A stretch of 64,000 nt of DNA. Origin: Vicugna vicugna. Lineage: Eukaryota. The stretch's first letter is position 1, and each line of letters starts with the position of its first letter. Shown here piece by piece: positions 12,330 to 24,535 of this stretch. The position numbers were made by a program, and so were the translations under genes. Under the pieces are notes generated by a model. It was not told where the DNA came from, did not search any database, and worked only from the letters and a program-made list of their open reading frames with translations. The stretch covers positions 560,001 through 624,000 of the forward strand of contig MU058103.1 of assembly GCA_013265495.1 (NCBI GenBank). The letters run 5' to 3'.

Positions 12330-13130
12330 CATCATTCATTCATCATTTTATTTAACATGATCAGTTACAGTACTGGGCCCTGGGGAAACAGGGCTTAGCA
12401 AGACAAACAAGCTGTGTGCTCTTGCTCTCTGGTGTTGAAGAGACAGATACAGATACTAAACAAAAGGAAAAATAACCCCATGAAGGAACAATGCAGGCTA
12501 ATATGTTGGAGAGTGACTGGAGGTCACCTCTAGATTGAGAGGTCTATAAATGCCTTTCTGAGGAGCTGACTTTTAAGCTGACACTTGAATTACAAGAAAG
12601 AACCATCTAAGCAAGGGTAAGTGGGGAGGCCACTCCAGGTTGCAGGAAGAGCAAAAAAGAAATTCCCGAGGGAGGGAACAAGCTCAGCTGCTTCTAGTAA
12701 TGAAGAGAAGGTCAGTTTGACTAGCTCAGAGGAATAGAGTGAGGACAGAGGCAAGCCATCTGTATGGTCTGTTGCTTTGTAGACTGGGAGAATACATTTC
12801 AGGTTTATTATTAGCGCCATGGGAAGCTTGGTGGAGGTTTATGCAGGACAGTTAACATGATCTGATTTATGTTTTCAAAAAAGCCCTGAATGAAGAATGG
12901 ACTGTAATAGAACAGGAAAGGAGACAACTTGGGAGACTTTTGATAATCTCCATCACCTTAGATAAGGATCATGGCAGTGGAGAAGGTGGGAAGAAGACAG
13001 ATTGAGGACATACTTCGTAAACAGAGTAGTATATTTGCTGTTGTATTTTCCCTATAAGAGTGAAAAAGAGAGAAAGCAGGACTGACTTCTTGGAGACTTT
13101 CTGAACGATGGGGACAGGATATAAGGGACC
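12330..13130 (-). mobile_element. L2 LINE 3' fragment
   Basis: Starts with the reverse L2 tail cattcattcat; tctgaggagctgacttttaagctgacacttgaa and catgatctgatttatgttttc are typical L2 motifs. Confidence 0.75.
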
Positions 13131-13144
13131 CAACTTGACCAATA

Positions 13145-13330
13145 GTGGTAGCAAGTACTTAGATAAATGCTCATCTGTGCCAAACATGCTCTGAGCAGAG
13201 CTTCATATATCAATTCATTTAATTATTATGACAACCCTGTAACTTCATTATTACTATTTTCTGCATTTTACAGATAAGGAAACTGAAGCAGATATAAACT
13301 TGCCAAAGGTCGTACAGCAGGAGGACACAG
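13145..13330 (-). mobile_element. MIR SINE (3' part and core; 5' part resumes at ~13660-13730)
   Basis: cattttacagataaggaaactgaagcaga is the reverse MIR core. Confidence 0.75.
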
Positions 13331-13349
13331 CTTCACCTTGAGACTTCTG

Positions 13350-13660
13350 AGTGACTAATTCCCTTACCTCCTTCTAGTCTTTGATCAAAGGTCGCTTCTC
13401 ATTGAAGCCCACCCTAACTGCTCTATTAAAACAATAGCACTAGACCCTGGAGGGCACTCCCAGTTATATGTTGCTCTAAACACCAGATATGCTGCTTGTT
13501 TATGTTGTGAACCTACCCCTAGTGAAGTGTCAGCTTCACAAGGGAAGGGCTTTGTTCAGTGTCATTCACTGTGGTATTCCAAGTGCTCAAACAATTCCTG
13601 GTACACAATGAATGTTCCACAGAAGATTCTTGATTAAATAGTAGACAAGTGGATAAATGA
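13350..13660 (+). mobile_element. L2 3' end
   Basis: gtcagcttcacaagggaagggctttg...ttcactgtggtattccaagtgctcaaacaattcctggtacaca. Confidence 0.7.
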
Positions 13661-15159
13661 CTGAAGTCATAGAGCTGGTTTTCAGACCCTGGTTTGCCTG
13701 ACTCTGGAGTCTATAAACCTGCTCACTATATTAAATGGGAGAGATGGTAGATAACTTAGCCAGACCTTACCTCTGCCCCCTCGTCTCCTCCCGCTCAACT
13801 CCACTTCTCTTTGGAATACGTTTCCCATTCACCAGTTTACTTGATGAATCCCAGTGAGTTTTTACAATTTCAATGTAGATATTGAGTTTTCTGGAAAGGA
13901 TTCTTTTATTCAGCCACAACTGTACCAATTGCCCCTTTCATGTTGCTCATTAAACTCTGTGCTTTTCCTTTTGTAAGTTACCAGATGGTGTTTTAAGTAC
14001 CAATGGATCTGCTCTATTTTTCTGAGGGATTCCCCCAACTACCTGGCAGTGACTGACTCAAAAAATCGTTATATTGGACTGAATGACTTTAGCAAGTCCC
14101 TCAGATACAAAACTGTATAAGTAGATTGGGCCCTGGTCTATAAAGAGTTAACAATAACAGGTTCAAACTGCTTAAAGGCTTTGTGAATCATTGTTACCAA
14201 TAGTTCAGTTTGAATTATGTTATAATCAAGGTGAGCCTCTGTTCTCTTTACCCATCCCTGTTTCGCTTAAAGAAGCTAACTGAGAAAGCAGAGTTCTAAT
14301 TCTAAAATCCTCTGAACCATTGAAAACATGTATTTCAGAATAAAATCCCTTTTCGATTGGCTGCAGCCACCATAATTGAGGCCAATTGAATCTGAATTTA
14401 AACATGTCTGAGTTAATATGTGATAATCTGTGATAATATAGCCAAGGCTGTATTTACCTCATACAACAATTTAAGTAATATGGATTATTTGGTAAGGCAA
14501 ATAGAGTCTTTAGAAAGCAATTTATATTCTGTTGATTGGAGGAAATAAGACTTTGAAAGAAGATCTAATCACATTTTTGTATTGATATTTTAGGAAAATT
14601 TGTAGTAGCAGTACACTAGCACATAAACTCCACCGGTGAAATAATCTGAAGTTTAAATCAAAATAACGTGTATCGGTCTATTCTAGTTTCTGATGATTCA
14701 TTTTTTTCTGAGATGTGGAAGAACAGCAATATAATCTCTTTTATGTAACTAGTTTAATTTTTCATAAGCAGCCTTAAGGTTAAAAAAAAAAGAACTTGAG
14801 AACATAATATGTAATTGAATCATCTTGGAACTAGACCAACAGAAGGTAATGAAGATTTAGATAGGGAATGGGTTTCACACTGTTCCTCCTACTTTCTTTT
14901 GCAGTCACATCAGTGAATCTGAAATTTCTGGTTAGAAAAATCAATAGGAATTTATGGCGAACTTTGAAAGAGGGCATTCTGATGTGACTAAGGCACTCTG
15001 AAGGCAATTGTTGCTCAGTGTTGAAGCAACTCCTTTCTGTTGCTGGAGGAGAGGATGAGTAAATGAGAAAAAAAAATATTGAGTGATGTGAGGACCTTGG
15101 CTGACTAGTAATGGAGAAGTTCTCATGGATTAATTTTTTCTTTCAATCATTCTAGTCTT

Positions 15160-15450
15160 TCATTCACCTACTTATTCATTCATTCAACATAGCACGGGTG
15201 CTTATCTGGATCAAGCTCTCTACACGGCATGTGTAATCAAGAAATAAATAAGACAGAACAACTGGCCCCCAAGGATCTCACAGTGTAGAGACAGGAAAAA
15301 AACAATAAAAGTAGTCATTAAAATGCACAGTGAGAATCGCCATGACAGGGATGATTCACGTGCCAAGACTTGGCTGGTTTGTAGAATCTGGGAAGGAATC
15401 CTGGAGGAGGCACTACTTGAGATGCATCTTTCTGAAAAGTAGTTGAATTC
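15160..15450 (-). mobile_element. L2 3' fragment
   Basis: ttattcattcattcaaca tail; cctggaggaggcactacttgag. Confidence 0.65.
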
Positions 15451-15467
15451 TTCTATAAAAAGGTCCA

Positions 15468-15633
15468 GGGGGAAAGTATAGCTCAGTGTTAGAATGTGTG
15501 CTTAGCAGGCACCAGCTCCTGGGTTCAATCTCTAGTATCTCCTTTAAAAAATATATATATAATAAACCTAATTATGTCCCCCCAAAACACACATACACAC
15601 ACTCACACTCACAAAAAACCAAAATCCAAAAGT
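15468..15633 (+). mobile_element. tRNA-Ala-derived SINE (camelid vic-1-like)
   Basis: A box tagctcagtgt (15479), B box ggttcaatct (15522), cttagca anticodon-loop remnant, A/CA-rich tail, TSD aggtccagg at 15461-15469 and 15634-15642. Confidence 0.85.
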
Positions 15634-15694
15634 AGGTCCAGGAAATAGCATGTGGGTAGCATTTTCATATGTGAAGAACTTGGCACTCTCAGGT

Positions 15695-16125
15695 AGGATT
15701 GTTTGTTTATCTGTAAGTAAGAGGAGAACATCAAATAATAGTGGTTTAAGCAAAAGGAATTTTTTTTTCTGTCTCAACTATAATTGCAGGACCAGCACAG
15801 TCTTCAGGGATCCTGGCTTTTTCTAATTTACATCTCTACCACGTATGGGTGTGATCCTCATCTCTTGGTCCAAGTTGGCATTTATAGTTAGATAGCAGGA
15901 AAAAGAAAAGAAAAATAAGGGGCAAATTGGGTGTGCCCTAACTCTCTCTTAAAGAAGATTCTGGGAAATCACACCATATCTAATGTTCCCAAAACTAGTG
16001 GCATCCAGCTGCAAAGGAGACTGGGATTTGTAGTGTATGTTCCTGAAGGCCATGTGTCAAGTGAAAATTATACTCTTGTGGGAGAAGAGGAGATTGGATT
16101 CTGGAGGAACACAATAGCTTTGGCT
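15695..16125 (-). mobile_element. MLT1-type MaLR solo LTR (old)
   Basis: ctgtaagtaa...aataatagtggtttaagcaaaagg and ccagctgcaaaggagactggga motifs. Confidence 0.65.
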
Positions 16126-16279
16126 GTTAAGTGGGAAGTAATAATTTGTTCAAGAAATAGCAAGTATTTCTACTTAGACTGAGAGTATAGGAAGTGAGGA
16201 GAGGGATGGGGAGGGAAAGTGAGATTCTAAAGTTGGAGGTGTAATCATGGGGCACGCGTGAAGAGTCTTCAATAAATCA

Positions 16280-16480
16280 GTAAATATTTACTGTGCTCAT
16301 TACAATTTATGTGTACTATCTTATTCAGTCTTCCAAACACTCCTATAAGGTACAGTTATCACTATTCTCATTTTTAAGATGAGGTAACTGGGGTTTAAAG
16401 ATTAAGTAATTTGCCTTCAATTCCAATGCTAGTAAGTGAAGAGCTGAGATGAGAGTTTAGATTGGTCTGACTCCTGAGTC
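16280..16480 (-). mobile_element. MIR SINE
   Basis: ctcatttttaagatgaggtaactggggttt...aagtaatttgcc...gtctgactcc. Confidence 0.7.
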
Positions 16481-17009
16481 AGGGGACCAGGGAGCTTGTC
16501 ATGCCCAGGACTTGAACTTCACCCATTCATTTTTGACTCCACATCTTGGAGTTCTCTTTGTGAGAGGACTACCTGGATGCATTTAGCAAATCTTGTTCTG
16601 GTTAGAATCAAACTCCCTGAGAGAAAGAGAGCAATAAACCAAGCCTTAGCAGCTCACGATGTGAAATAGGAAAGGAGTCTGCAAATTAAGTCTTGGCATT
16701 TCACCTCACGTTTTCATTAAGTTTTAACTCTGTATATAAAAAGTTAATTATATGGTGCTTTAATCCTATATAAAAGGTCAGCCAAGTCCTGAATTATGTA
16801 AGGCATTCAGGCAATTCTTGAAGTAGAAGCACATTTGAACAGTTGATCAAGGTAAATCATAAGTGTTTCATGGAGCACTCTTGATAATAAGATTCAATTA
16901 TTTCCAATGAGAATGTCTAGGTCTGAAGTGTGGATGGTCTTACCTACTGTAAGCAAAGCTAATCTTTCCAAGGACAAACTGTGATACTCATCTTTGTATT
17001 TTATAGGCT

Positions 17010-17380
17010 TATTTTTAACAATGTGTATTTTCTATGTATGTGATTATAAACATACACACTCACTCTAGAAAAATTATTGAACACAGAAACTTATGAGAAA
17101 ATTTGAAAAATAAAAATCACTCAGAGAACTACTACACAGAGAGACCCAGTGTTGCAATATTAATATGTTTCCTTCTAATTTTTGAAACTATTGATGTTCA
17201 TGTCTGGTTTTCAGATTGGATTTACACTATTTACAATTTTATTGCCATATTTTAACAGATTATATTGTAAATATTTCCATGTCATTACAATTTTTTCTAA
17301 ATGAAATTTAGGTGGTCACATGATACCCCATCTTGTGAGGCTAGGGACATTAATTAACCAATCTTTAATTGGAAACTTGG
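17010..17380 (-). mobile_element. Very old L1 (L1ME-like) 3' fragment
   Basis: tatattgtaaatatttccatgtcatta and ttaattaaccaatc motifs; highly diverged. Confidence 0.45.
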
Positions 17381-17650
17381 TAGTCTGTGTGCATCTGGAT
17401 GTGTATTTGGCTAAGATGCCTGAAGGACAGAGCAATTTTGGTTGCAGGAATAACTGATTTGGATGAACACATGAGGCCTGGTTCCATAGAATTCTAACGT
17501 GCTTTGCTCTTTAAAATCCTCCCAAGGTTGAGAATGTCTCTTCCTTAAGTCCATACCTTCCACCCAAGTTTGAAATCCATCCATAATGATGGAACTTTTG
17601 TTTAGGGATGTTGCATAGACAGAATTCAAACAGTAGCAATGTGAAATCAC

Positions 17651-17765
17651 TGTCTGCACCCCCGTGTTCATCATAGCATTATTCACCATAGTGAAGACGT
17701 GCAAATAACGTGCCTGTCTGTCAACAGATGAATGGATAAAGAAAATGTGAAAGATATATATTTAA

Positions 17766-17805
<40 letters not shown>

Positions 17806-18184
17806 AATATAAAATGATTCATCCATAAAATAAAAGGAAATTTTGGCATTTGCAACAACATGGATGAATTTTGAGGGCATTATGCGAAGTGAAATAAGTC
17901 AGACAAAGACACTGTATTATCTCACTTATATGTGGAATCTAAAAAGCTGGACTCCTAGAAACAGAGAGTAGAATGGTGGATAGCAGGGTCCGGGGTTTGG
18001 GGGAAATGGGGAAATTGGTCAAAGAGTATAAAAATTCAGTTATGAGATGAATAAAAATTCTGGGAATCTAATGCATAGCATGTTAACTATAGTTAACAAT
18101 AATGTATTGCATACTGAAAGTTGCTAAGAGAATAGATCTTTAACATTCTCACCACTCACACAGACAAAAATTAGTAATAAAAAA
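17651..18184 (+). mobile_element. L1 3' end (L1MA-like), 5'-truncated
   Basis: tgcacccccgtgttcat, catttgcaacaacatggatgaa, ctcacttatatgtggaatctaaaaa; TSD tagcaatgtg at 17634-17643 and 18185-18194. Confidence 0.9.
17767..17804. repeat. (TAGA)n tetranucleotide microsatellite inside L1
   Basis: Direct reading. Confidence 0.95.
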
Positions 18185-18269
18185 TAGCAATGTGGGACCA
18201 GAGAATATGTTCTTGATCACTCATCAATACATTATTCTACCTTCTTTCTGTCTGATTCAGAAATAAGTC

Positions 18270-18620
18270 ACTTGTCGTTTCCAAAAGCACAGTGTGTTTT
18301 CATATTCCTATGCCTTTGCCGATGCTATGTCTTCTGCCGTGTCCACATGGTACTATTCATCCTTCAAAGTCCTATCCAGTATCACCTTCCTTTAGCTCTA
18401 CCCCTTCCACTCCTCTCCTTTTCCTACCCCAACTGCAGGCAAAATAACTTGTCTTCTCTGCTCTGCTTCTCTACCACTTGGTTCTTACCTCTGTTATAAT
18501 TCTGAGAAAAACAATTTTTTCTGACTCTATGAGATACTCTCCCCACTGGACTGGGAGCTTCCAAGGGCAGAGATTCGCGCCTAGGGTCATTCTTTTAGTC
18601 TCTCGTGTCTGGTCCCTAAC
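18270..18620 (+). mobile_element. L2 fragment
   Basis: ctattcatccttcaaag and ccccactggactgggagcttccaagggcagaga. Confidence 0.6.
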
Positions 18621-19147
18621 TTGTGATGTTGCCCACCTCACTTGAGTACTTAGAGAGCAAGCTGTGCCTCAGTTTCCTCATCTCTAAAGTAGGCATTAAA
18701 ATACCAGTCTTTTAAAGAAATGTTTTAAGGGTTTGTGGTGATGGCAGGTTTATTTTAGGTGGACATTCTCAATGGAGATTGAAAAGTCATCCTTGCCTGC
18801 AAGTTTCCAGCAAGTCTATGACTTGGACAACTCATATCTTTCCCCTCCAATATGTGACTAATTTAACTCTGGAGGGTTCAGGAGGATATTAAAAGGGTAG
18901 GAGTATGTCACTAAATTAAAATAGATAAAATCAAAAAAGTTTAGAACATTTTAACTGCATTCTGACATATAAATTAGATTTTGAAATGAGGCAACTCCCT
19001 TTTTAAAAGATTTCAATAAGTAAAATCTCTATTAATATTTGCCCAGTGAGACTTAGCTGATGAAATATATTTGTAAAGCATGTTGAAGACAATTAATACT
19101 TCTACTTTTCATGCTTCACATGATAATTTCAGAGCACTTTCAGATAC

Positions 19148-19187
19148 TAAAAACAAACAAACAAAAACAAACAAACAAACAAAAAAC
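19148..19187. repeat. (AAAC)n repeat
   Basis: Direct reading. Confidence 0.85.
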
Positions 19188-19831
19188 TGCCATTTCTGAG
19201 AGAGAAAATGACACTTAAATAGAAGTGTGAATCTCCTCAGGCCACAAAGTGTGATCCCTCCATTCCCAAAATATGGTTTGTGTTTGAATTTCTCTCACTT
19301 TAAAATAAATGAAGGAAATGTAAATAACATTTATTGAATGCCTGCATTGTCCCAGGCATCCCCAGGAAAAGAACAGTAAAGATCTGCTGGATCTGCTCTC
19401 CTGAGTTGAACATATTACACTTTTGATATCTTGTGCATTTATAGAAGAAAACAGAGACACAAAAAGAATATTGGGGATAATTATTTATCTCTATCAGGAT
19501 CAAGGATTACAAGGTCCAACAACCTGAAGAATGATTTGAACTGGATTTTTAGGAAATTGTGAATCTTCTAGGATTGTAAGCAGTAAGGTGCACTTTGGAA
19601 GCATTTACGTTATGAAGCTTTCTGAGAACTAGAAGCAACCTGAAATGGATGGATGTTGTAGTGAATGTTGGGGGCGGGGGTCAGGCAAGGAGGCCAGGGA
19701 AGGGTTATCAGGAGTCAGGGTCTGAGAATTTTAAACTCTCATGCTGTGGAGTTTGGACATTATACCATAGGTGATGGTGAAGTGTTTTAAGAAGGGAGTG
19801 GCTTGAACCATTTTCTATTCTATAAAGCATT

Positions 19832-20235
19832 TCAGTCAGCTCAAGGTAAGTTATGCTGCAGTAACAAATAACCTCAAAGGCTGAATGACTTAATATTTCA
19901 AAATGTAGTTCTAGTATATATATACCATATGTTCACATGCTGCCCTGTTCTATACCATTCTTTCTCTAAAATCCAAACTCACAAAGCAGCCTCATCTTGG
20001 GCACTAGTAGTTTGGTGGCACAGGGACACAGTAAACCATGAGCTTGTACACAGAGCTTCTCCTGGAAATGGCATTTGTTAAATTTACCTATATGTCATTG
20101 GCAAAGTCAGGGTACACTCAGTACATGAGAGCATATAGGAAATCATTCCTCAGGGAAAACCACCCCAAGCAGTGGTGGGGGGAGACAGGAGGCGTAGAGT
20201 AGCAAATATTTTGAGCAAGAATTCAGTCCATCACA
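19832..20235 (-). mobile_element. MLT1-type MaLR solo LTR
   Basis: cagtcagctcaaggtaagttatgctgcagtaacaaataacc at one end; cagtccatcaca at the other. Confidence 0.7.
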
Positions 20236-20539
20236 GATGGTCATATTTGGGCATATATTGATGTGAGGAAACCAGAAACCTCACTAATAAATAATTAGCA
20301 GATAGACTAGAATAAATTAGAGACAGCTCTGAATTAACAATATGTTGTAAACTATAGTTTTGATATTCTCAAGTATACCCAGAAGCGTAAAACAAGCAAA
20401 AACATATGGCACAGCTAGATTTGCTTGATGAGAGATAATAATTTGTGATCATTATCATATTATTACTGGTGATAATCATAGCTTTACTGGAGCTGAGACT
20501 GAGCATCTTTTCATTGGTGATGCAGGTACCTTCTCCCAT

Positions 20540-20700
20540 TCGTTTTTCATAGCCATCCCGGGAGGCCTGCAAAGTCACAGGCAGGGTTCCCATTTTACAG
20601 AGCAGTAAGTTAATGCTCAGTTAAACCCAGTAAATTGTCCCAAGTTATGTTTACTAAATTACAGACCTGAACTCAAATGTAAGGAGCTCTGTCCTTACAA
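20540..20700 (-). mobile_element. MIR fragment
   Basis: cccattttacaga...gtaaattgtcccaagttat. Confidence 0.55.
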
Positions 20701-21333
20701 CATGTATTACAGCTAAGGGACAAAATCAACTTTCACCCAAAGAATTTAATCACTGCTCTGACAATAGAATCCATATGAAAACTTGCTTAATAGCTCTTTT
20801 CCTAAGACACTTTAAAGGTAAATATCAGCTTTTCTTAGTCATATTTATCACAAACTCTGAATCAATGAGATCAGATTATTGGTTTATATGCAGTACTATG
20901 AAAATGGGAGCTCATGCTATTTCAGCTGCATACTTATTTTAAGATGAGCTATGAAATTGTTTTCTACCAACCAATGAAGACTTCTAACATGCATTCATCA
21001 TAAGCTAGTTCAGTGAATTCCTAAATATAACACTGTCCTTTTCTTTATTTAAAGCAAAAAATCAACAAGAACTCTGGTTTCTCTTTGCCCAGAATCAGCG
21101 TTTTGTCAGATATCTGGCCCGTGTATTTTATCAGAAAATATTCTATCAGAATGAATTTAAATATTCCCAGAACCCACTTCACCGAATGAAAGTTATCCAC
21201 AAAAGTGGCAGTTGCTTCATAAAGATCTCTTCAAAAAAAGTAAAAGGATAAAATCAGTCATACCTGCTCTTTATAAAAAGCCATGCAGACCCTGATTCCT
21301 CATTTTCTATCTGAATAAAAAAGAAGTATAATT

Positions 21334-21446
21334 GGGAGGGTGTGTAGCACGGTGGTAGATCGCATGCTTAGCATGAATGAGGTCCTGGGTTCAATCCCCA
21401 GTACCTTCATTAGGGAAAAAAATAAAAAAAGAAGACGAAGTAGTAG
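21334..21446 (+). mobile_element. tRNA-Ala(AGC)-derived SINE (camelid vic-1-like)
   Basis: Body resembles tRNA-Ala (gtgtagcacggtggtagatcgcatgcttagcatgaatgaggtcctgggttcaatccccagtacc); A box 21345, B box 21388, A-rich tail, TSD aagaag(t/c)ataat at 21321-21332 and 21447-21458. Confidence 0.85.
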
Positions 21447-21467
21447 AAGAAGCATAATGAAGGGAGG

Positions 21468-21660
21468 CAGTGTAATGCAGCAGAAATGACTCAGTGTTCA
21501 GAAGCCCGGAGATAGGCATTCTAATTCAGGATCTACCTCTGAGTTACTTTGTGAATGTGGGTTAATCAGACTCCCTGAGTTGCAGGAACCCTGTGTATAA
21601 AAGGAACATCAGATAGATAATTGGAGACCGCTCTCACAGTTCTCATGTTCTGTTACTTTA
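21468..21660 (+). mobile_element. MIR-family SINE
   Basis: Degenerate MIR head and core with a MIR3/MIRc-like tail. Confidence 0.5.
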
Positions 21661-23224
21661 ACAAAACAGAATACATGCATTCATATAATGCTTAATGTAT
21701 CCACCACATTAGTTTTTGATAAGCAGCTACTCAGTTCCAGGCCCTGGAATAAGGCGTGATCTTCCTAGTCCCTGCCCTCTGTGACCTCACAGACATGGGG
21801 GGTGGGGTGCAGACAAGGAAAGTAATGCTCTCAGCACAGTGCAGGTGTGACACTGGAGTATAAAGGAGAGGACAGAGAGAAAGCCCAGAGGACCTTAAAT
21901 CCATTTCCCGATTGGTTATAGCACAAGGCCATCTAGAATACAGGCTAAATACTCCCCACTAATGTCCATTCTTCCTGTGGGCTTGGTACCTAACACCCGT
22001 CACCTTACTATTATTTCCATTTCAATACGAGGAAACTGAAGCTCAGAAACTGGGTTACCTAAAAACCTCATGAATGTAAACTAAGGAAGTGGCCTCAGAG
22101 GCCCCATCATGTGACCCCAAAACCACCACTTTTATCTCCCATGCAAGCGCAGTGTGTGCATTTTGAACACCTGATGAATTTCATTTGCCTCTGTATCATC
22201 GGCTCCCTGGTATAATTTCTTAAGACTTCAATTGCAGTTTCGCTAGTGACTGATGAGATCAGCTACCTGTGTTGTTTTTTTTTGGGGGGGCGGGGATTTC
22301 ATTGTAAGATTAAGTTTCCTGCTTGTTAAGGACTTGCCTCCTTCAGCTTTGATGAAGACGTTGATTGGAAGAAGGAGGTGTTGATAACCCACCGCGCAGT
22401 CACAGACAGGCTTGCAGGATGCGTTTTGCATTCAGACCACTGACAGAAGTGTTCAGAATAGAAACAACCGGCTCCCTTTTGGCATTTTCACTCCTGGATT
22501 AATTTTGCCAAGATGGATGCACAGCAATCTCATTTCCAGGCCACTTAACAAAAGCCCCTTCAAGTGCAAAAGAAAACGATTCCTTGAGAGGCCAGAGAAA
22601 AAGAGTGTGAAAAAAAAGTAGCTGAGTGTTAAAAGATGTCTATCCCAGGAGCCTTCTTCAGACTCACTAGCTGAACTACTTGGAGCATGAAGCAGCATCT
22701 GCAGGGGCTGTGGTCAGATGGAAATGCAATAAAATGTAAAGACAAATACAGATTTAGCTCTCTAAAACCTATTTCAGTGGCTTCGCCAAATCCTCGGAGA
22801 TCCTTGTACTGCGTTATTTCAGACAGGCATGGGCAACGTTTTTCACTTCTTTTTAATGCTCCTGGGTGTCTGTGTGAAGGACTTTTGATAATGCTGAGGT
22901 GAAGGGTTTCACTGGAAGCTTCTCAGCCACCAGATCCTTGCCTTCCTGACGTATATAAATAGAAGAGTAGGGTTGGAAAGACCATCCTCCTGATACACCA
23001 GTCCCCAGAATCACACTTAAAGGCTTTCCAGATCCCAGGAGATTCAAAGTTAAGTATGAAGTGCTTGTAGGATGGCCCAGAGCTCTGTTTTATTGACCTG
23101 AGGCAAAAGCTTCACTTCACGCTTTTCAAAGCAACTAAGTCCATATTTTTTTGTGGATTGAAAGATATAAAGGATATATGAGAATATAGCAAAATGTAGA
23201 TGTAAAAATCACATCTGCGATTTT

Positions 23225-23450
23225 TCAGTGCTTACTATAGCCCAGCACAGTACTACATACTTTTCAGATATATTTACCACAAAACACTGATTGTCTGCTA
23301 GTATATTTCCCATTTTTGTTTTTCTTTTTTTATAAGATAACTGAATTAAAAAAAAAGTTAACTAACTTCTCCAAGGTCAAAGAGATGGAAAGAGCCAGGG
23401 TTTGAATTTAGCTTTCTAACTCAACACAGTTGCAGTATCCAGTATTTCTG
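23225..23450 (-). mobile_element. MIR SINE
   Basis: agtgcttactatagcccagcaca...taacttctccaaggtca...gagccagggtttgaa. Confidence 0.6.
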
Positions 23451-24115
23451 CCTTGACCCAGATGTTGAATTTCACACAACTCAGGGCTCAATCAAAGAGT
23501 GATGTGTCTTTAAGGACCAACCCACTTGCTTCATGGGTAAGGAGAGAAAAGTCCAGAAATAGTAAGAGGCCTGAGGAGAAAGAATGCTCTCAGCCTTCTT
23601 GGGCTCCAGTTCTAGCTCCTACACATACTCCTTGTGCCTTGGAAATGCTACTAAGTGACTGCGCACCTCAGTTTTCCAATTTGTGAAAGAGGGACATTAG
23701 GGAACCAATCTACCTCAAGATGCCTTCATTCCACCCAGTTTCAGGTTTAATCCCATCCTTTCCTCTTCAGTATTTATCTCAATTATAATTTAACTGTTAG
23801 TAGATTTCATTACAAAAACTTTCAGGATCTTTATTCTTTTCCTAAATAGAGAGAATTCAGTTATCATCATTCCAACCCATTTGGGTTAGAGGTTGTATTT
23901 TAAATGTTTCTCCAGGGTTCAAATCCTTTCTTATGTTTTTCCCCCCTTAGTGGAAAGAGAACTAATATTTATAATATTATGAATACCTATGTGCTGTAGA
24001 CACTGTGTTAGATTTGTTAGATTCAAAATCTGCTCTCCTTTAGCCTTCATAGTTATTATGCAGTGAGGTAACATGATCCCCATTTTAAGATACAAAAACT
24101 GAAGTTCAGAGCATT

Positions 24116-24388
24116 TTTTAAAATAATTTTTTAATTTTTTATACAATTTCTAAAGGTTACTTTCCATTTACAATTATTACAAAATAGTGGCTATATTCCC
24201 TGGGCTGTATAATACATCTTTGAGCCTATCTTACAGCCAAAAGTTTATACCTTCCACTCTCCCCACTCCTGTATGGCCCCTCCTCCTGACCTCTCCCTTC
24301 CCTTGTCCCCCACTGGCAACTACTAGGTTTGTTCTCTATATCTGTGAGTCTGCCTCCTTTTTGTTTTATTCACTAGTTTGTTGTATAG
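24116..24388 (-). mobile_element. L1 3' UTR fragment (laurasiatherian type)
   Basis: T-rich tail, ggctatattccctgggctgtataata, ccactggcaactactaggtttgttctctatatctgtgagtctg. Confidence 0.8.
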
Positions 24389-24535
24389 AGTTTTCTTTTA
24401 GGGTGATGAAAATGTTTTGGAACTTGATATAAATAGTGGTTGCACAACAATGTCAATGTACTAAATGTCTCTGAATTTTACACTTTAAAATGGTTGCTTT
24501 TATGTATTTGAATTTCACCTCAATTAAAATGAAAA
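24389..24535 (+). mobile_element. Older L1 (L1MB-like) 3' terminal fragment
   Basis: gggtgatgaaaatgttttggaact...gttgcacaacaatgtcaatgtactaaatg...tacactttaaaatggtt. Confidence 0.8.

Noticed and set aside
21334..21410. Functional tRNA-Ala gene
   Set aside because: It has an A-rich tail and TSD, mismatches in the stems, no oligo-T terminator, and a second related copy at 15468; a SINE fits better.
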